Under the pieces are notes generated by a model. The model ran no database searches. It worked only from the letters and a program-made list of their open reading frames with translations, and was not told the DNA's origin. Below are positions 15,844-20,000 of a stretch of 20,000 bases of DNA, in pieces (within the stretch, counting starts at the first letter, position 1; each line of letters begins with the position of its first letter). Made by a program: the position numbers and the translations under genes. Origin of the DNA: an uncultured virus (IMG/VR IMGVR_UViG_3300031688_000006). Lineage: Duplodnaviria > Heunggongvirae > Uroviricota > Caudoviricetes. Location: IMG/VR virus record IMGVR_UViG_3300031688_000006; one strand, given 5' to 3'.

Positions 15844-15917
15844 GCGGAGATAGTTTACTAGAAAAACGGTCTAATACCATTAGACAGACGAGAGTGCAAA
15901 TCTTTCTCTCCGCTCCA
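15844..15917 (+). tRNA. Atypical tRNA-Gly, anticodon ACC
   Basis: Acceptor GCGGAGA/TCTCCGC, U73 and encoded CCA; D stem GTTT/AAAC; anticodon stem GTCTA/TAGAC with loop ATACCAT; T stem GAGAG/CTTTC with loop TGCAAAT. Confidence 0.85.
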
Positions 15918-15937
15918 ATTTTTAAACGGAGAACAAT

Positions 15938-16483
15938 ATGTCATACCCTTATAATAACGGAATGCTAACAGTCGGGGACGAATTCCCACCCTTTGAATTA
16001 CAAGGAGTTAATCCTAGTAATGAACTTGTATCAGTCTCAGTAGAAGGTAGTTACACGCCACATAAACATGATTGGTCAGTAATCTATTTCTATCCTAAAG
16101 ACTTTACATTTATTTGTCCTACAGAAATTTCTGCAATGGATATTTTAGTAGACGAAGCCAATGTCATTGGTATTAGTGGTGACAATGAGTTTTGTAAACT
16201 TGCATGGAAAAACGACAATGAGTTGATAGGTAATATCAGACATTCATTGGCCGCAGATTGTGGGTTGTATCTTTCAGAAGAACTCGGGATTGTCAATCAT
16301 ATGGAAGGTGTTTGCTATAGGGCAACATTCATTATTGATAAAGACCGTATGATTCAACATGTATCAGTGAACGCATTAGATACAGGTAGAAATGCAGACG
16401 AAGTGTTAAGAACTCTTCAGGCACTTAAGGCAGGCGGACTAACTGGTTGCTCTTGGTCACCTGATGATGACTTCGTAGCATAA
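15938..16483 (+). CDS. ahpC: Peroxiredoxin (AhpC/Prx1 family)
   Basis: FYPKDFTFICPTE peroxidatic motif, RATFIID, GRNADEVLR and a C-terminal Cys (TGCSW). Confidence 0.93.
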   Translation: MSYPYNNGMLTVGDEFPPFELQGVNPSNELVSVSVEGSYTPHKHDWSVIYFYPKDFTFICPTEISAMDILVDEANVIGISGDNEFCKLAWKNDNELIGNIRHSLAADCGLYLSEELGIVNHMEGVCYRATFIIDKDRMIQHVSVNALDTGRNADEVLRTLQALKAGGLTGCSWSPDDDFVA

Positions 16484-16496
16484 TACAAAAACTCAC

Positions 16497-16525
16497 TAGA
16501 CAGGAACCCAAGTTCATCGTATAAT
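16497..16525 (+). promoter_or_regulatory. Sigma70-type promoter superimposed on a terminator
   Basis: TAGACA-17 nt-TATAAT, preceded by AAAAACTCAC. Confidence 0.7.
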
Positions 16526-16540
16526 GGACTTGGGTTTTTT
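16505..16540 (+). terminator. Rho-independent terminator after ahpC
   Basis: AACCCAAGTTCAT-cgtata-ATGGACTTGGGTT (13 bp with one G-U pair), ending in a T tract. Confidence 0.75.
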
Positions 16541-16543
16541 ATT

Positions 16544-17668
16544 ATGTTAATACTTTCAAAACAAGATGCTGAATATGTAGGTCAAATTTTTATTGACTAC
16601 TATTCTAATTTCGACAGAATCGATGACTATTTACGCAAGGTGAAACTTGAGAAAATGGCAGAGAGACCTGCGTCCTTATTTGGCATGGGTCCAGAAGATG
16701 ACATGTTTCAAGACTTTACTATGCACCCAAATGATATGGAGTTCGTGTGTAGAGAAATGCCAATCTATGATGATTACATTGACATAGTTGCATCTCAAAT
16801 GATACAGAAATCTATACCAGGCAAAACTTTAAAGTGGGTAGTTTACGAAAAGAATACAAACAAGATTGTTGGATTCATTAGATTCGGCAGTCCTACTATT
16901 AACAGTAAACCTCGTAACGAGTTCTTAGGCAAACCTCTAAATACAATGGACAAAGATACGATGAAGAGATTCAATGATTCTACAATCATGGGTTTCAATA
17001 TCATACCAACTCAACCATTTGGTTTCAATTATCTAGGTGGTAAACTTCTTGCCGCTATTTGCACTTCGCATTACGCCAGAAGAGAATTGAACAAGAAGTA
17101 CAATACAAACTATTGTATGTTTGAAACTACATCGTTATATGGTTCAAGTAAATCATCATCAATGTATGACGGCATGAAACCTTATCTAAAATTCATTGGT
17201 CTAACTGATTCAGATTTTGTACCTAGTATCAATGATGACAAGTATCACCATCTTAAAGACTGGTTCGAGAACAAAAACAATGGCGTACCTCTAGTTGAAC
17301 CAGAGGCATCAAGCAGAAAGTTGAAGACTCAAGGTAAGATGATATCTATTATAAGAAACTCACTCGCAAAAAATGATAGTGGAATGCTAAGACCATTCAA
17401 ACAATGTTTTATAGATGCAAAGAATCTTACAGAAAGAAAGAGACAATACTTAGGTACATATGGTTACACAAATGTAAAAGAGTATATGAACTCAGAGACA
17501 GATACCTTAGTGAAGAATGTAAACTTTGACAGATTTGAATTAGACAATGTTTATACATGGTGGAAAAAGATGGCAACTAAAAGATATGAAAATCTCCAGA
17601 GAGATGGTAGATTAAGAACTGAACTAGAAGTTTGGTCAAAGAATGCAGACATAGATATTATAAGATGA
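16544..17668 (+). CDS. Conserved T4-like phage protein, DUF4338 (DruA-like) family
   Basis: PTQPFGFNYLGGKLLA and FETTSLYG..SSMYDG motifs. Confidence 0.65.
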   Translation: MLILSKQDAEYVGQIFIDYYSNFDRIDDYLRKVKLEKMAERPASLFGMGPEDDMFQDFTMHPNDMEFVCREMPIYDDYIDIVASQMIQKSIPGKTLKWVVYEKNTNKIVGFIRFGSPTINSKPRNEFLGKPLNTMDKDTMKRFNDSTIMGFNIIPTQPFGFNYLGGKLLAAICTSHYARRELNKKYNTNYCMFETTSLYGSSKSSSMYDGMKPYLKFIGLTDSDFVPSINDDKYHHLKDWFENKNNGVPLVEPEASSRKLKTQGKMISIIRNSLAKNDSGMLRPFKQCFIDAKNLTERKRQYLGTYGYTNVKEYMNSETDTLVKNVNFDRFELDNVYTWWKKMATKRYENLQRDGRLRTELEVWSKNADIDIIR

Positions 17669-17817
17669 AGAACATAAGAGAACAAGAGACTACTGATAAC
17701 CATTTCGAACTAATAGAAAGAATAGACAAACTACTAATGGTTGTTTATCTGATAAGTGAAGACTTAAAAGAAGTTAAAGCAAAACAACAGAGGCAGATAG
17801 AAAGAAGTGGACACTAA
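17665..17817 (+). CDS. Small helical hypothetical protein, 50 aa
   Basis: ATGA overlap with the upstream stop and overlap with the next start. Confidence 0.6.
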   Translation: MKNIREQETTDNHFELIERIDKLLMVVYLISEDLKEVKAKQQRQIERSGH

Positions 17818-18208
17818 GATAGGGTTTACATGTGGCGCTTGGGACTTATTACATGCAGGTCATGTAGTCATGTTAAAACAGGCAAGACAGAATTGTGACC
17901 ATTTAATTGTCGGACTTCAGACTGACCCAAGTATCGATAGACAAGAAAAAAATCAACCAGTGCAATCTGTATACGAGAGATTCGTTCAAGTTTCTGCCTT
18001 AAGAGATGTAGACGAAGTTGTACCATACGACACTGAACAAAGTTTAATTGACTTACTAGAATCAACACCAATAGATGTTAGATTCATAGGTGAGGATTAT
18101 AAGGATAAATCTTTTACAGGTGATTACTTGCCTATAAAGATTTTTTATACAAATAGAAAACACTCATTTAGTTCGAGTGGTTTAAGAGAAAGGGTTACAC
18201 AATCATGA
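17807..18208 (+). CDS. Cytidylyltransferase, TagD / glycerol-3-phosphate cytidylyltransferase-like
   Basis: GAWDLLHAGH (HxGH), VGLQTD, ER, GEDY and R.HSFSSS motifs; GTG start. Confidence 0.88.
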   Translation: MDTKIGFTCGAWDLLHAGHVVMLKQARQNCDHLIVGLQTDPSIDRQEKNQPVQSVYERFVQVSALRDVDEVVPYDTEQSLIDLLESTPIDVRFIGEDYKDKSFTGDYLPIKIFYTNRKHSFSSSGLRERVTQS

Positions 18209-19191
18209 ATATAACAATAGCAAGACTTCGTTCGAATGTAAAGTACTTAGGTCCATTAGAAACTGTACTAGATAGTTTCTTTGAGAATTACATAAAATGG
18301 ATGAGAGACCATCCAGAACATAACTATGATACTTACAATGTATCATTTGAAAACAAAAGACCTAAGAGAACGCCAGAGACTATTGAATGGGCAGATTGCA
18401 TTGTTATACCAAGTGACTCAGAGTTTAGATATCATGGCGAATTACAGATGAACCCTAAAGACCTTGCAACATCAAACGAACATATGGCAAAGATTGTACC
18501 TCACTTCGAGGGTAAACATGTTATCATGTTCTGTAGTGATAGGGCAGATACAACAGAGTTATATGTCAACGAAGTATTCAAGGGTATCAATTTAAAATCA
18601 TTCACTAAAATCGATGAGATAGATTTCAGTGGTAACATTCATGGCATGAAGTATCACTTTATAAATACTTTAAAAAACCCATTGGCAGAAATGGTTGGGT
18701 CATCTAAGACTCACGACTTTGGATATTGGGGTCGTATGAAACATGGCCACGATAGAGAGAAGACAATTCGCCAAATTTATCGTAGTGACCTTTCATGCCA
18801 ACTTATTGGTGGTATGCCATCTGGTGTAGAGAGAAAGTCTAAATGGATTAAAGATTGGAAAGTTCTTTATCCTCTCTTAGAGGGTTGTAGAGAAACATTA
18901 TGTTTCAACTGGTTAGATGAAACTGCAACAACATCTAGATATGTAGAGGCACTTGCAATTGGTATCGTACCACTAGTATGGAGAAATTACGATTGTAACA
19001 ATACATACAGAATAAATAAGTGGCAGAGATGTTATACTTTTGAAGAGTTCTTAGAGAAGTCTTTAGAGTTAAGAGACGACTCATTTAGAGAAGCGAAGCT
19101 AGAAGAGTATAGAAATAACTATGCAGAAGTACATCTAACAGAAGAAGGTTATTACAAAGAATTCGCAAGGAGAATGGACAATGCTTTTTAA
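18205..19191 (+). CDS. GT-B glycosyltransferase, T4 beta-glucosyltransferase-like
   Basis: Size of 328 aa; DFGYWGRMK and TTSRYVEALAIG resemble the C-terminal donor-binding domain of T4 Bgt (recognised by eye). Confidence 0.55.
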   Translation: MNITIARLRSNVKYLGPLETVLDSFFENYIKWMRDHPEHNYDTYNVSFENKRPKRTPETIEWADCIVIPSDSEFRYHGELQMNPKDLATSNEHMAKIVPHFEGKHVIMFCSDRADTTELYVNEVFKGINLKSFTKIDEIDFSGNIHGMKYHFINTLKNPLAEMVGSSKTHDFGYWGRMKHGHDREKTIRQIYRSDLSCQLIGGMPSGVERKSKWIKDWKVLYPLLEGCRETLCFNWLDETATTSRYVEALAIGIVPLVWRNYDCNNTYRINKWQRCYTFEEFLEKSLELRDDSFREAKLEEYRNNYAEVHLTEEGYYKEFARRMDNAF

Positions 19192-19504
19192 AGAAGTTTA
19201 TCAAGTTGTAGAGAACCCTCATGAAGCCGATGCTGGCATAGAACTGTTGTCTGGTGAGTGGAAGGGTTTAGTGTTTCAGTTTGGTGATGTTCAATTTGAA
19301 AACGGCAAACCTCAAATGAACTTCAAACGAACCATAAGAAGAGTGCCGGAAGATGTAGAAGGCACGGAGGATAACATTCAGGAATTACTAAATAATAGTG
19401 AATTAAACACACTCATGGGTGACATTCTAGTAGAATTAATCCAAGAACAAATCAAAAGAGAAGAGGATAAAAAAGATGGCAAGAATAAATCTAAAGTTTC
19501 ATAA
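19181..19504 (+). CDS. Hypothetical protein, 107 aa
   Basis: Overlaps the upstream stop; GGA/AGGAG upstream; IELLSGEWKGLVFQFGDV...MGDILVELI pattern. Confidence 0.75.
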   Translation: MLFKEVYQVVENPHEADAGIELLSGEWKGLVFQFGDVQFENGKPQMNFKRTIRRVPEDVEGTEDNIQELLNNSELNTLMGDILVELIQEQIKREEDKKDGKNKSKVS

Positions 19505-19655
19505 AATGGAAGGCGACCCGGAAGTTAAAGTAGTTTATTACTTTAATTGTGAAGAAGGTGATAAGGATACATTTCAATCATCAAAAGTAAGCGAAGGCTT
19601 TACATTTGACGAACTGAAGGATCCAGATTTCACTGGCGCTACAGAAGACAGTTAA
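19476..19655 (+). CDS. Small acidic hypothetical protein, 59 aa (MARINLKFHKMEGDPEVKVVYYFNC...)
   Basis: GAGG SD; fills the gap before the lysozyme. Not in the ORF track. Confidence 0.65.
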   Translation: MARINLKFHKMEGDPEVKVVYYFNCEEGDKDTFQSSKVSEGFTFDELKDPDFTGATEDS

Positions 19656-19669
19656 TTAAGGAATAAATC

Positions 19670-20000
19670 ATGAATAAAGATGTTTTAAAAGAACAAATCA
19701 AACGTCACGAAGGTGAAGTACTAGAAGTCTATGAAGATTCTCTAGGGTATCTAACACTAGGTGTTGGGCATCTTATTAGAGAAGATGATTCAGAGTTTGG
19801 AGAACCAGCAGGAACTCCAGTCAGTCAAGATACTGTTGACCGTTATTACGAGGCAGATTTCGACAAACATGTCGATGAAGCAATCCATGTATTCGAATCA
19901 AAAGGCGGAGAGGACTTTTACAGTCTTCCTGAAAACATTCAACACGTTCTAGTCAACATGACATTCAACTTAGGTGGAAGTCGTTTTGGCAAATTCAATA
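19670..20000 (+). CDS. T4-type lysozyme / endolysin (GH24), 3' end outside the window
   Basis: AAGGA SD; MNKDVLKEQIKRHEGEVLEVYEDSLGYLTLGVGHL carries the E-x8-D-x5-T catalytic triad; later VNMTFNLG. The frame is open to the window end. Confidence 0.92.
   Translation, partial: MNKDVLKEQIKRHEGEVLEVYEDSLGYLTLGVGHLIREDDSEFGEPAGTPVSQDTVDRYYEADFDKHVDEAIHVFESKGGEDFYSLPENIQHVLVNMTFNLGGSRFGKFN

Noticed and set aside
16544..17668. Druantia anti-phage system
   Set aside because: Only a lone DUF4338/DruA-like gene is present, with no DruE helicase or other partners.
19761..19952. 63-aa ORF from the track
   Set aside because: It is out of frame inside the lysozyme gene, which the track missed because it has no stop in the window.
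1..20000. CRISPR arrays, introns or inteins, transposases, stop-codon recoding
   Set aside because: No spaced repeats were seen, core genes have normal lengths, and TAA, TAG and TGA all end genes at sensible positions.

Overview
AT-rich (roughly 35-37% GC by eye) segment of a T4-like myophage genome, probably marine or aquatic, with every credible gene on the + strand. The left part is the T4-like replication neighbourhood: a VWA/CobT-like partner, a CobS/MoxR-like AAA+ ATPase, a DUF3310-like gene, gp45 clamp, gp44 and gp62 clamp loader (split by four small ORFs) and regA. The centre (7526-14712) is a ~7 kb accessory operon behind a T4 late promoter. It encodes two paralogous small membrane proteins, CsgF-like, CsgG lipoprotein, two secreted curlin-like beta-repeat proteins, a FecR-domain protein, a CHASE2/class III adenylyl cyclase and a gene partly overprinted on the cyclase. 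This looks like a phage-encoded curli-type secretion system coupled to envelope-spanning cAMP signalling. The right part has a structured RNA leader with a 36-aa ORF, hsp20 behind a ROSE-like thermometer, an atypical tRNA-Gly(ACC), AhpC, a DUF4338-like gene, a cytidylyltransferase, a beta-glucosyltransferase-like gene and a partial T4-type lysozyme. Several small ORFs missing from the ORF track were read by hand. All family assignments come from motif recognition; no database search was run.
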